Numbered from the whole stretch's first letter, positions 23,936-37,020 are shown. The stretch is DNA of 62,226 nucleotides, filler included, from Sphacelaria rigidula (GCA_964200075.2; 11 parts of 11 records of this genome joined end to end with filler, not necessarily neighbours in it), one strand, 5' to 3'. Notes: generated by a model from the sequence alone, not told the origin. Program-made: numbers and translations.

Positions 23936-25539
23936 TTCCACCGTGCTTTCTGCTACCCTGGTTGGCTGTTATTGTCCCGCTTGTTGTGTTTTCGCCTCTA
24001 CCGCCTACTGTCGGCTGTACTTTTCTCGCTCGCTATCCCATCGCATGTTGTCATGTGCACGTGCATTTCCGCCCTCATGTTGTATCAACCTGTTTCGATC
24101 TGATCGCACAGTAGTTCTTGTTTTATCATTGTCGCGCGCATTGTATCACCTTCGCCTGATCTACACCTGGTCAGCCATAATATCATCGCTGTACCCAACC
24201 AGCAATGATCGTGTTCTAGATATTCTCTATATTATCCCGGTGGTTTTATTGCAAAACAACCCACCATGATCAGTATGTACTTTGTTTCCGGGGTTGCATT
24301 TTTATTGTGGCCATGCGGGTTTGTGGAATGCATATGCAGTACAGTTTCCATTTTATGTCGATTTTGTTTGCTTTTCTTTCATCTTACATACTCATAGTGT
24401 TTGCATCGCCGGGTGTCGCGTCTGCCATAACTGTCTTTTGAGCCCCTCGAATGTATTTTATGTGCTTGATAATTTCGCGCTGCACTATTTTTCATTTCAT
24501 GTTCTGGTAATTTTGTACTGTGTTTGGCGCTCGCGATGTTTTTCTTTGACCGTGCGGCTGTAGGCTATCTTCAGGGCCTTGTCTGTTGCGCCGCCTGTAC
24601 TCATTGTGCTTGAGCAGGATTCCGCTGGTAATCGTTTCATCTATCTGGCTCGCAAGGCCGAAACGCCGAATTTACCACCCGGCACACGACATTTCGATCT
24701 GCGTCACGTGGTACAAGACCGAGCCATATTTTCATGTACCCCAAGACTTCCAACGTATACTAACCACGCCCTCTATTACTTCCGCCCTTGTTTCACCCAC
24801 ACTCTTGTCCTGAGTGTGTCGCATCCCGCTGAGGGAACCGGCGCTAAACGTCATTGCGTTGGGGAGGACACGCAGGAAACACTGAACGGTTTGCCGATGA
24901 CGGTATGTTCCTGCGTGGAGTGTCTGCAATTTGGTTTGATTTAGCTAATACCGGATACCTTTTTATGGAGTGTCCGCAGTTTGGTTTGGTCTAGCTAATC
25001 CCGGGTACCTTTTCATAGCATTCTGGTAGCAGGATCATTACCTTGGTGCCACTAAATAGGGTCCCCATTTTATCTCACACTGGTAATCGATTGTATGGTT
25101 TGCTATTCACCAGGTTGACTTCTTGATGCACCCTGCACCGTAGTTGGATACTACCTTGTTCCTTCGCGGTACTGTAGCTGGATAATACATTGTTCAGTTG
25201 CTTCAAACTTGGTTTTCAATATCATGCTGCCACTCATCTTCCCGTGGATTACCTTGGCATTACTTTTTCAGTACGCAGACGTACGTAGTTTCCCTATTTT
25301 GCCTTTTTGCCCTTCATGCCCAGCCTACCATGCAAGTTGACTACGCGACCATATATCTTGTTTTTGACGGTTCTTACAGGCCCTACATAGAGTTTTTCTA
25401 CACTTATTTCACTGATATGGTCGCTGGACCCCCTTGGGGGGGGGCGAAGCACGAGTTCCATATTTTCTGCTGGTTGTTGTGTCGCGTGCACACCCTTTGC
25501 CACAAAACAACGCGGTTTCCCACCATGAGAACGCCGCAT

Positions 25540-25875
25540 GATCAGAAAAAGAAATGCACAAGCTTCTTGACCGAGGTGTTGCTCACCCAACTTTCCCCGG
25601 CAAAGTTTGTCGACTACACGATTTTTATGTTCAGTAAAATTTGCCAAGTTCGCCAAATTTATCTTTACTGCAGGGCCTCACAGGTTCCTTAGCCGGTTAA
25701 TCGATAATACCGGCATACAACCAGCCCCCTCCAAATGCAACGTAATTGCTCAGACGTCACGTCCATACAATCGAAAAACTACGTTCGTTTCAAAAGCCAC
25801 AAGGTACCTTGGACAGTTTGTCCAGGAGAGTAGGATTCTAGTCGCCCTGCTGACCGATATTCTACATAAGTAGGA
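25540..25875 (+). mobile_element. Decayed Ty3/gypsy pol (RT start and thumb)
   Basis: KEMHKLLDRGVAHP and FLSRLIDNTGIQPAPSKCNVIAQTSRP...RYLGQFVQESRILVALLTDIL. Confidence 0.7.
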
Positions 25876-26309
25876 AAGCCAACAGTATTGCTGCACGGTG
25901 TAGGTAAACGCGCGCTCTCCTTTTGCTGTCAAACCCTTGTGCCGTATAACTGCAGCAAGACTTAACCACCACAATCCGGTCGTCTCATGGTGGCTCAGCT
26001 AGGATATGACATACGAACTAGACTCTCGCCCAATGAGCATCAATGTACAACTCATGCCTGTGAGGGCTTTGTCTCGGTACATTTAGTACAACGTACCTCA
26101 TTATTACATTTTTACTCAGCATGCCTTGCCTGTTTTATTCTCGCCATGATACATGCTGGTAAGATCGGTGACGCCAGTCTCTCGACAGTTTGGTAATCGC
26201 CGAGCGGGGAGACACGAAGGACGCGGGTTAGGAGCTTCCTCTCTGTCGTTGCTTCTCTCTCTGGTGATATCGTCATCGACACGCGTGTATATGTCTACAG
26301 TTTCACAGG

Positions 26310-26770
26310 ATTCGAAACCCTAGGGGGACGGCTGCTGAAAAGGTAACAGAATTGTACAAATCTTGGCCCGAGAGAGAGTACGTTTCACGCACACTCTTGC
26401 ACAATCGTACCCTACCCGACGACCTGACGCCATGCTACCGTCTGACACATTCCCCTTCGAGCTCTGGACTGGCCGTAAACATCACACACGTACCACCGCT
26501 GTCTCAATAGCAAGAAGTTCCTTCCATATCCACCCACCCCATCCGAAACACCTCATATCCGAAGTGTTTGCGTCACACCTTGAGGGGGACCAAACTGGAA
26601 CGCCACACCCACATTCCACCTGACCCCTGAATTTGTGTCGTGTTCGACTGCATTGCCTGTATCTGTCACCATGTTGGATTGTCAAGAACTCTACGTTGTT
26701 TCAGGCACTGACGGGTGGGGAAAGGGAAAGACTTCAAGGGGGGGGGGAGGGGCGTACCTATTTGTTTCGA
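26310..26770 (+). mobile_element. Decayed Ty1/copia integrase C-terminus followed by a PPT and an LTR-like start
   Basis: P*GDGC*KGNRIVQILAR (PQQNGxAER-like) and FPFELWTGRK; PPT at 26736-26752, then cgtacctatttgtt. Confidence 0.6.
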
Positions 26771-27260
26771 GCATCCAAGTAATTCCCCTAGCTGCTGTAA
26801 TCTACACTGTTCCCCAACTCCTTCACCAACTTCACTTCAGCCAAGTAGTTTCTGAGCTGTTGCACTCTGTACTGTTTTCATCTTCACTATTTTTATTGCA
26901 TCCAGGTATTCTTTTCTTTGCGGCCATTTGCACCGTTTCCGCATCAAAGTATTCTCTTAGCTGCGGCCAGCTGCACTGTTTCCAGTTGTTTCATCATTTT
27001 CACCCCTTGCTTTGCCATGTCTCATGCTTGTATCAGGTCATCAAAGAATACCTCGGTTAGAGAGGGTGATAACGTACATCCTGGTGCGACTCCTTCAAAA
27101 ATATCAAAACATGTCGATATTTCCCTGTCTAGCACCGTCGCACTTTTGGCACATTCCTTTCGCCTAAATCGTCCACACCTTTCCTTTGATCACAGTTCCT
27201 CATATATTTTCCCACAACCCATTGCTCCATACTGCGTCATGAGCCTTTTGCACCTGTATC
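26771..27260 (-). mobile_element. Decayed non-LTR retrotransposon (LINE) RT fragment
   Basis: VQKAHDAVWSNGLWENI*...IKGKVW; FDIFEGVAPGCTLSPSLTEVFFDDLI; KQLETVQLAAAKRIL. Confidence 0.85.
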
Positions 27261-28195
27261 ACCCCACAGTTTCTTTGACCCCGGCATCGCACTCGAAGCA
27301 CCCCGCTTCCCCACGTAGTGATGCCTTGAAGCTTCCGCCACAGGTGCTACCTCCTGGAAAGGCTACAGCAGTGCCGAGTTGAAGCACCACGTGTATGATC
27401 ATGGGAATTTCTTTCGAGGAGTACGATACGAAGATGGAGGCTGAAAACAGCCATCTCGCTTGGAAGTTTAGCGCCCCAAGCTGGAACGGAGGAGCCAAAG
27501 AATAGACCGCAGCTATGGACGTGTACGAATGGCTGTTGTGTGATGTGCTATACGATATCATTGCGAGAGGAATACGGTTGTAAAATAAGCAAGAATAATT
27601 GTTGGTACCGTACTCTTCAATGCGAATTGCGAGTGTGCCTATTTTTGTTTCTTCTTTTTTTGTCGTTCCTTGGTCTTGTCTGGTTCCCATTTTGTAACAT
27701 GCAAATATATTTATGAGCCAAGGCGCGTGGGCTCTATTCTTCGTAGCATAAACATCAGTAGTTACAGGGAAGCACTTCCCAAAAGCTGCACTCCTGTAAC
27801 TATTGATGAGTTTGTGGAAAGGTTGTTTTTAGCGAATCCAACGTAAGTTGGATGTGGGTAAAGCCCCGCACTACCCTGGAATTCAGTGTAACTGATCCAG
27901 GGTATCGACGCGCGATGAAGCTAATTAGCTAATCGTTCTCCAGTCTAACTGAGATCCCGGGAAAACGACAGCGATCGCACTTGTCTGCGGTTTCTGTCGA
28001 TTGGAAAGGGCGCTAGAGATTTTTTTCCTTTCCTAACGGATAGGGTTTCCCCCGTCTAACGGGGTTTACCTATCTATTAGATACCGAGTTTTCCCCTGCA
28101 ACATTAGTTGCAGGTTTTTCTCGTTTCCTTATTTCAGGTGTTGATGCACAGGTTTCGTTTCCCACGTTTCTTTCGCTTAGCCTTATTAAAAGGCT

Positions 28196-28232
28196 GGGGG
28201 GATGTTCCGGATTTATCGGTTATGGTCCAGTC
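28196..28232 (+). mobile_element. Possible PPT plus TG start of a 3' LTR at the contig end
   Basis: gggggga immediately followed by tgttccgg. Confidence 0.4.
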
Positions 28233-28332
28233 NNNNNNNNNNNNNNNNNNNNNNNNNNNNNNNNNNNNNNNNNNNNTTAATTAATTAANNNNNNNNNNNN
28301 NNNNNNNNNNNNNNNNNNNNNNNNNNNNNNNN
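28233..28332. other. Artificial contig spacer
   Basis: N + TTAATTAATTAA + N. Confidence 0.99.
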
Positions 28333-28524
28333 TACTCCTCGAACTGTGGCGATGTCAAAATCGACGGGAAAGTCGATTGTTACGGGTCTCACTCTGAATC
28401 TGAAACTACTCTCTGAATCTCACGAATATAGTGTTATTTGCTCCCTACCGCGCTGGACGTCGAGCACGCGGAGCAGCTCATAGGTAGTGCTTTGGCTTCT
28501 CGAGCCCTGTTGTCACGCGTTTAA

Positions 28525-28965
28525 CACGAGATCTTACAAATTGGGGATGGATCTTTTATTTGGGATGAGAAACCCGGAAAATTAAAATGTTCGTATCCAC
28601 ACCCAAATCTTCGAAACATAGTTCCATTTCTTCACCTACTACTAGATTTTGACAACTACTACACGCCATATAAACTTGGGTTTCGATCACCGAAATGTTG
28701 GGGTCCTAGGTAAAAAACCATTTTGGGAGAATTCCGGGTGCCCGAACGGACGCCAAAATGGTGCCGAAACTGTTTTTTCACCCAGGACCCAAACATTTCG
28801 GTGATCGAAATCCAAATTTCCATGGCGTGTAGCAGTTGTCAATAGCTATCAGTAGGTGAAGAAATGGAACCATACTTCGATAATTTGGTGTGGATACGAA
28901 GATATCAATTCTCCGGGTTTCCCATCCCCAATAAAAGATCCATCCCCAATTTGTAAGATCCCGTG
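28525..28965. mobile_element. Foldback MITE (~440 bp, long TIRs, CACGG...CCGTG-type ends)
   Basis: cacgagatcttacaaattggggatggatc...gatccatccccaatttgtaagatcccgtg; second copy at 37535. Confidence 0.92.
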
Positions 28966-30161
28966 TTATATTTACAGTAGTTCATTTGGCACCCTTTTTG
29001 CACCATATTTGCTCCCTACAGCGCTGGACGCCGAGGACGCAGAGCAATTCAAAGGTAGTGCTTTGGCTTCTCAAACTCTGCTGCTGCCACGCCCCTTGTG
29101 TGTCGGACAACAGATCTGAGAGCCTCCTCCGTTTGTTTGGTGTAGGTGATAGCTCATGAGCTGTTCGACGTGTGGAAAAAAGTGGCAAGCTGCAGAAAAG
29201 ACGAAACCAACTTTCTTCAACCTGTGCTGTACAACGTCATCCTTTGGGCCCAGCCGGATCCCATAAACCTACCCAAAATCAACTCAAATATTCCAACTGC
29301 GGCTGTCCCGATGTCCAAAAACACAAATGTTCATTTTCCAACTACGATTTTAAGAGTCTTTTCCGCTTGTAAGTCTCTCCCGCCAATCATCCCAACCGTT
29401 GGCTGAATTTTGAGTGGAGGGAAAGACTAGATGCTTCCAAGACTCGGATGACAAAACAATTGGCAAATGCTAGAAGTTCTCATTCAGACATCGTTGGCCA
29501 AGTTGCGAGCGACAAACGAAACACACATCACAGTTCACACCAAGACTCGTCATTCAAGTACCCATCTACTTTCGAATGAACAAGTTCCAGCCCTCACGCC
29601 CCCCAACACACCGCCCCCCCCCGAATATGAAATGCAGGTTCAAGCTCAGACAAAACGAGGCGAATCGAACTCCCGTCCGCCTGTGTCTAACCAGATCATC
29701 TCTCACGCCCGTCCCGGGCCCTCAATTCCATGCCACAACGACGAGAATCTACATGGGTGTATCCCCAGTCGCTCCCCAAACTTTCTTCTTGTCATGTTTT
29801 TAACCCCCTCCCCTTTCTCGGGACGATTTGTCATCGTCTCAAGGAATTAATCCCATCGCTCCCCCAAGCACACCATCCAAAGAGAGAATCTGAGGATCCT
29901 GTGCGGTATCCAAACCAATCAGATCATCGAGGAAGACACGCCCTGCACGCCAATACGCTGTCATATGCGACGAACGGAGTATAGCACCCCTCCTCTCCCG
30001 CTCCGGGGAACTTGTTCTTCTCACAAAACAATCGCAACCCGAATACACCCACGAGGCCGGACGAGCAACGCGCTCCTGGAGATATCCGGGTTATCGTCAA
30101 GATCAATCACAGTTGCGGATAGCATGACGCCAACCAAGCGCAAGCGGTGTGGAGGTATCAA

Positions 30162-30268
30162 CCCTTTGACCGCGATAGGGTATAGGTCACCGACTGAATA
30201 CGCATCGATTTCACTTGAAAAAAATTATGCGTGATCCAGATGGACTACCCGCATCAGCGGTCTGGGGG
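30162..30268. mobile_element. piggyBac-like MITE copy
   Basis: tcaa|ccctttgaccgcg...gcggtctggggg|ttaa; homologous to 57267-57364. Confidence 0.7.
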
Positions 30269-31427
30269 TTAAGGCGCCCCAGGTGTTGCCGGGGACGAAT
30301 AAAAAAAAGTTCGTATGTTTTTCCACGCGCCCGCGGGCGTGTTTACCGTATGTACGATGCAAAGAGCGTCATCCCGGGTGATACGAGAACCTTGATTTTT
30401 TCCGTCAACTACGACGACCTCACGCCGCCGGAAGGATTCTTTTATTCATTTTGTCTTGCGTCTAACCCCACACCCTTCCTCCCGACGAGTCAGCAGCTTG
30501 GCGGGTGATGAAACCGCCTCCCCCGCCATGTATGCCTGATATTTTTTGCCGGATGCATCAGCACTTCCGCACCCTCTCCACTCCTCGCCAATTCTTCTTT
30601 GCCGCCCACGCGTCGTCACAATGCCAATAACAGAAATCAGATACTGCACGTTGTCAGCAAAAAAAAAACATATATCCCGGGATTCAGAATCCTCGATCTC
30701 GTTCAGCACGACCGGCTCAGAACTGTACCCCTTAGACCAGACCACCGAGGCGGCTTGTAGCAGTGAACCTATATAATCGAGATGCTGCCGGTGGAAACAG
30801 GAGTTCCTACTGTATTGCGGGGCATTGACTACAGTACAGTGAAAAAAAACATGTTTTTTTCTCCATTGTCCTGGGTGAGATTCTCGCTAATGAAGGCTAT
30901 ATCACCCCGAGTAACCTACAACGTACGCACTCCTTACGTCGCAAATAAAAATAGGAAAACATTTCAACAGTGTCCAACGTTTTCAACCATCTGACCGCCC
31001 GATGTGTCCGTCCATCCAATGAACCGGCATAATTTTCATCTGATAAAGCTGACTGTTACACAGGCAGTTATGCTCATTCGTGGCAGCTCAGAGAGACGAC
31101 CAAAATTTCAACCGTAACATACGTAGTACGGCTCATTAATTCAATCCTTGGGACGCTAGACCTCTCTTCGGAACAATACCGACTGATCTTTAACGTCAAC
31201 TACCCCGATGCAATGCGAGCTGGGCAGCTCCTCTCTTCGTATGCATCAATCCCAATGACAGCATGCCGTGAGTTCCGTGGATCTTGACCCGTAACTCATA
31301 TAATATGTATACCACATAGGCATGTCCGGCATATGTTCACAGATCCGCCTGGGGCCCAGGGTTTGGCGCCCAAGCAGTTAACATCCCTCTTTCTGTTGGA
31401 GGATGACGCCCTTGGTCGGTGCTCACT

Positions 31428-31527
31428 CTACATCTCGACGATGAGCTCCTTGTGTTTGTAGTCCGGCACTCTGCCCTTGTAGGTGTCGAACAGCCGCTTC
31501 ACTTCCTTCACGTACATCGCATGAAAC
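31428..31527 (-). CDS. Terminal exon of a DGAT2/MOGAT-family acyltransferase
   Basis: cag acceptor at 31528-31530. FHAMYVKEVKRLFDTYKGRVPDYKHKELIVEM* fits the DGAT2 C-terminal pattern YHxxYxxELxxLFxxxK...ELxI. Confidence 0.7.
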
Positions 31528-31598
31528 CTGACCAATTCAAGAAATGTATATATATATATATATATATATCGCTCAAACGCATGTACTTCAAGTCGACC

Positions 31599-31963
31599 AT
31601 CGCGCCGGTGGCGCAGTTGGTAACCCCGGCTCCCTCTGACGGTAGGGTCGTAAGTTCGAATCTCAGTGCAGTCACACACTATCGGATTTTTTTCTTACTC
31701 CATGCCCAACAGTGGAGAGCGACCACGTCATGGGTACACAAAAGTTCGACTTCACGGTCGACGAGGGGAAGGGACTGCTGAATCCCTCTCGCGATAAAAA
31801 ATAAGGCAAGCACCGCAGAAGGGAGGTGGAGTGTACTAAAACAAAATAAAAAATAACAAGCTTCTGTGTTGACCTTCCTCCTGTGCGACCCCGGCTGGTG
31901 CGCCCACATATACCGAAGGGTGTAGACTGGCGTCCAGAATAAATGGGATGACAACACACACAC
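31599..31963 (+). mobile_element. tRNA-derived SINE (~365 bp)
   Basis: A box TGGCGCAGTTGG at 31609-31620, B box GTTCGAATC at ~31654-31662; body shared with the 37021 copy; (CA)n tail. Confidence 0.88.
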
Positions 31964-33898
31964 GGTTCACATACTGTAGAAAGAGATCAGTTTGAAGGAG
32001 GGGAGGCGTATCTCGGACCTCGTATCGTAGCAGAAATGGCCCGCGGTCATGCAATGCGAAACGGTAGCTTACGACGCTGCGGCCAAGGTTAGGATAAATG
32101 TTCGAATCAACCCCGCTTTCGACTCATTTCTCGTCATTTTCCAACCAGTTCGCGCCAGTTTTGCGGTCGTCAGTCCATCCTGCACATGATAGCGAAAACA
32201 TTGTCAAGTAAATGTAAGCACAGGTTTTACAGAAATACCCGGTTTGCTCTTTTTTTTCACTGCCTGGTAGGCTCACGATTGCTGGGGAGACTGGTCATAC
32301 GGACACGCCCCGTAAACTCGCATAGTGAACAAACTAACATGCATGGCAATATTCACTCTACAGCACTAGTGCCATAATGGTATGGAATTTGCGCGAGATT
32401 CAGAGGGGGTGGGGTGTTATTCGCTCTCTCAAAACAAAATGGCGAGTAAGACAGGTAAAAACACATGGAATGCACTATTTCTATATACCCCGTTATTGTG
32501 TGAGTTCATCTGTCTAGTGGGAAAACCAATGGGTCGCGCTCGCACGGTGATGGGCGATTTGCAGCAAATATGGGTAGATAAAGTACCTGAACAACGATTA
32601 AGCAAACCGCGCATTTTTTGCGCTAATTATTGAGACCCGCTTCGAGTGGGTGATTTTCCGTTTTCCAAGTCCTTCGTGATGTGTCTTCCAATCTTTGATG
32701 GTCGTCATCTGATTATTTCGACACGCATACATCTGTGCTTTAGTTTCGTTGATATGTTTTTTTTCCTTTCTTTTTTCATTCGTTTTTTTTTTCGTCTTAG
32801 TCTACTATGTCGTTATGTTCGATTTTTTTCTGCTCCTTCGTTTTCTTGAACGAGCGTTTCAGTTTTGCTTTTCTTGGGTACGTCTATCATGCGACCACGG
32901 CTGGACCCATGGGTGGTTAGTTAAAGTGCGACAATCAAACAAATTAAAATCATATACATGATGCTTGTGCATGACATATCCCGCCCAATTACAAGTATAT
33001 TTTTTATCTTGTATCTTGTATGGATGAGAACAGGATCCACACTGCCTCCGCACGCACCAAGGTGGGATCCTCGCAAGGGTATGTCGGGTAGGGCAAAAAC
33101 CCGGGTATTTACTCTCCCAAACGTTGAACTACGATGACCCGATCTCCAAACCCTCCCCAAATATCGAGGGAATATAGGCACGATCGCATTACTCTACTCA
33201 ACATCTGGAAATTGTTGACTACGGTCTCAATGCTTCACCCAAGTTTTGGGTGCTGAGAGTACGATTTTTCAAAGTACACTCAAGTGCAGGGAATACCCTA
33301 CTCAGCATACTCCTCGGGCATTATAGGGTCCATAGAGTCAGCATGAGGACGTTCTCCGGCTTTGAAATCTCGCGTTGCGGTGAGGGGGAATGGTGTACAC
33401 GAAACATCAACCAATATAGGATAATATCGGGAGGGCCTGAATTTGTCCGGCTCACTTGACCTACGTCGAGATTTCCAAGTGTGTAGCGATCAAACGCGCC
33501 ATATCTACCCGCATAATTTACACCTCCACAGAAGTGAACCCTCGAGTCCTACCGACAGACAACTCCTACAGATTGTAGTCTGAACTCTTTGACCGCGAGC
33601 GTAGGTCATCTGTTCAATCAGCGTCAACTTGGGACTAATGCCGAGAGAGCCTCTCCACGAAAAATGCACCGGAGACCGTCCGATAAACCGGCTACGATAC
33701 CACTATTGGGGTCGTTTGCAGCAAATTCGCCCACATGAGAGGTGTGTAGCAGTCCGAAATCAGGTATAACGCCCCAACAAGTCGCGCCGTGCAGCACGAA
33801 GCGAGCTCTAAAGGCATTTATGAGCATCGCCTCCGTGCGCTTTTTTGGCCGGTTCGGGGGGGGGGGGGGCATCTCGGCAGCAGTCTTGGCTTGAAAAA

Positions 33899-33998
33899 NN
33901 NNNNNNNNNNNNNNNNNNNNNNNNNNNNNNNNNNNNNNNNNNTTAATTAATTAANNNNNNNNNNNNNNNNNNNNNNNNNNNNNNNNNNNNNNNNNNNN
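33899..33998. other. Artificial contig spacer
   Basis: N + TTAATTAATTAA + N. Confidence 0.99.
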
Positions 33999-34307
33999 TG
34001 GTCAACTTTGTTCTCCCTTTTGGGTAATCAGGCCGAAGAAATCGTGGATTGAGTGATTTTGAGTCGTGATGACTTGTTCTAACCGTGCAACTTTATATAC
34101 TTACTATCACGTAATAATTTTCGGAGTTGTTCCCACGAGCCGTACAGCACATTTTCCGTGTTCCCACTTCTCCTTTCATGCGCGCACTGAGGCTGTACAT
34201 ACTGGCTCCCGCTTTTTTTCTTGTCATCCTCTGCTTATTCGTGTTTTGTTGGTCATCATCCAAAAATATCAACTGTATATATACATATATATATATATAT
34301 TCGCCAG

Positions 34308-34451
34308 GATTTCGCGTCGAGCCCGTTCGTGAGGGCGATGCTGTACCGTACCATGTACAAGAACGCTGCTGGGGAAGTGGTGCCGTCCCCGCGACCAGAG
34401 CTGGTAGACAACTACAAGGATGACGTTCTGCAGCCCCTGCTGACCGCGGTG
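34308..34451 (+). CDS. Isolated internal exon, unknown protein
   Basis: cag|GAT...GTG|gtgaga, 144 bp, phase 0-0, GC3-rich; DFASSPFVRAMLYRTMYKNAAGEVVPSPRPELVDNYKDDVLQPLLTAV. Confidence 0.65.
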
Positions 34452-36774
34452 GTGAGATAAAGAGTGTTTAAAAGAGAGAGAGAGAAGAAGAAGAGAGGAT
34501 GAATCCGAAATGAGGGGGTTATTCGAAGTCGTCTTGCCAGCACCGAGAGAGCGCGAGTGCACTGAACTACAAACACGGAAGAAGGAACAATGCAATGAAA
34601 TATGACGGGGGGGAACATTCGCGTGTTTGTTGGAAGATTTTGAGGGGGAGACATACGTAAACACACGCACCCATCACGTTGTTTGCTCGAGTTATGCGTT
34701 ACCGGGACTTCACCAACCTATCCTTTGCGAGACTGCGGTTCGAACCCAGGTTCGTTTCACTGCTGAATGATGATACATGTAGGTTCAGACTGGTGTATTG
34801 CTGGGTGTTTCTGTCGTTATTCGTATGCTGCTGTCCTTGCAACCTTTTTTTGTGTTTACTGTCCTCATCGAGCGTGGATTGCACGATGCTGCCCGTGTTC
34901 CTTGTTAATCGTTACTTCGCCCTCTCTGTCTCTCTGTTCGTCGTCTTTCTGTCGTTCGGCAGCTTCTCGGTACATTTTTCAACCAACCCGCATTGTCATC
35001 GTTTTTGTTGTTCCATCATTTTGTGTCGAATTGGTTCCTTTTTCGTCGTTCGGTAGTCAGCGTCAGGAGTATGCAGAATTCGTAATTTCTTAGTTTCTCA
35101 AAAATATTCCAAATTTGTTTCGCTTGCCACCGCTCATCACGGTAACTGTTGGATGCCAAAAAATGGGCATCGGAAGATTTTTTATCCTCTTGACAAACAT
35201 TGACATAAAAAATATCGGCGATCAATATTGAGTGACTTACGGGCTTGACCGATCTTCGGGGGTCCTGCGAAAGTGCAACCCCAGGTTCTAGCTTTTCGGT
35301 ATTTTCGGTGGACCGATTCGATCCCGATCATATTAGTGAAGACTCAAAAATGATTATTTTTCAGAAATTCCACTTATTCACTGCGCTGAAGCCGGAAAAG
35401 TATGTTTCTTGGACCATTCACGGTCAATAACACCCTCTTGATAAGCGGGGTCTTTACCCCGTGTCGCCCCCACAACACCAACTTGGGCATTGTGATTTGA
35501 GCATGGTCTGCTTATTTCGCCGAAACTATCGACGCCAGCACTTTCGAGTGCTCATGGAAAATGTTGTGCGAAAAAAAAAACGAAAAGAGGCCACCCGCAG
35601 AAAATGCTTGACTGAGGTCTGTGCAGTATAGGAAGGAAACACGATCTCGATCGTTATTGTGAAGAATTTTTTACGCACTCATTTATCTGAAGGTTTACCG
35701 TTTCGTTGCGGAAGAGCCGTAAAAATGTTTATCGCAAACGTTCAATAACACCCTCGTAATAAACGGCGTACCTAGTCCGTATCGCCCCCCAAAACACCAA
35801 TTTAGGCACTGCAGTTTGAGCGCGACCTACGCTTTCCCCTACATCTACCGGCGCTAGCTCTTTCAAGGAGAAATGAAGAATAATACTCGAGAAAAACTCA
35901 AGAACTACAAGAACTACGAATTCTGAAAACTTCTGATGCTGACTGCTATGTTGCCATCATCCTTCTCCTCCTTCCCTCTTCAATCTCTTCTTCCAAGATG
36001 AGTAAGGGGCCCATGGGTAGGCACAGGAGAGGTGAGTGGAAACGACCAATTGGTGTCCACATTGCTGCCTCGCCGGGGGCCGGGGCGGGATGGATGATGT
36101 CGAAGTACTCACTCTCTCTCCCCATCAATCTATCTCGATCGCTTGCGATCAAGGGTTACCGATTCCGACCTGAGAACAAGATTGAAAGTAATCACGGAGC
36201 TCAGTATGAGAGGAGGGGTGGAAATCGCCCTCTCCGTCCCGCGTTCTCGACAGCAAGGTGCCAAAAGATTTTCGTATGCTCGTTCGAGTAGCTCCCTCGG
36301 CCTCCGTCTGTCTCTCGCATTTTTTTTTTTTCCATCTCGTTCAATTTTGTGCGTCTACGCTTGTCACGTTTTCGCCCGTTTTTTTTCGTCAAGCAGGAAT
36401 CCACGGGACAGGCTCTGGTGCAGCTGACGCCGGTGTCTCTGGAAATCAAGAAGCTGCTGGAGAAGGGCGTCCTGCTGTAGTACTAGTGCTACCGTAGTAG
36501 TTGAGGCTTTTCTTTTGCTCTCAATATCTTCATCTAGAAGCAAATTTATAGTTTTAAGTCCATTCGTCGGCCAATATCTAGAGTTGGACCCTCAAATTTG
36601 GTATAGACAATGAATTGGGCATGTTCAAAACAATTACCTCTGCACACAAGCGTTCTTTGTTTTTTTTTCATGAGTTGGGGGCATTTCGCTGATACCTAGA
36701 AATTGACTACCGCCCTCAACTCATGAAAAAGCAAGAAGAAACACTGTGTGCAGAGGTGATTTTTTCATTGTGTG

Positions 36775-37018
36775 TGTTCAGGAAGCGAACAGTTTACCCA
36801 TTGAACCAGTGAGCGCTCACTGAACAAAAGATATTTTGCGTGGTCCATCCCGGCATGACACATCAGTGATCTCCGGGGCCTCGCGCCCCTCGCAAGCCTC
36901 ACTGTTCACATGTCAAACTCATTCCTTCCACAATTGATCATGCCGGGATTCGAACCGCAGATATTTTGTTCAGGAAGCGCTCACTGGTTCAATGGGTAAA
37001 CTGTTCGCTTCCTGAACA
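36775..37018. mobile_element. MITE with TGTTCA...TGAACA ends and ~43-bp perfect TIRs
   Basis: tgttcaggaagcgaacagtttacccattgaaccagtgagcgct and its reverse complement; an end fragment also occurs at ~40146-40167. Confidence 0.88.
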
Positions 37019-37020
37019 TG

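Noticed and set aside
23368..24114. 248-aa poly-Cys ORF and overlapping poly-Val/Leu ORFs
   Set aside because: This is translation of a 73-bp minisatellite (not a multiple of 3) and (GTT)n, open in several frames at once.
31599..31670. tRNA gene
   Set aside because: A and B boxes are present but there is no convincing acceptor/anticodon stem, and it is fused to a repeated SINE body.
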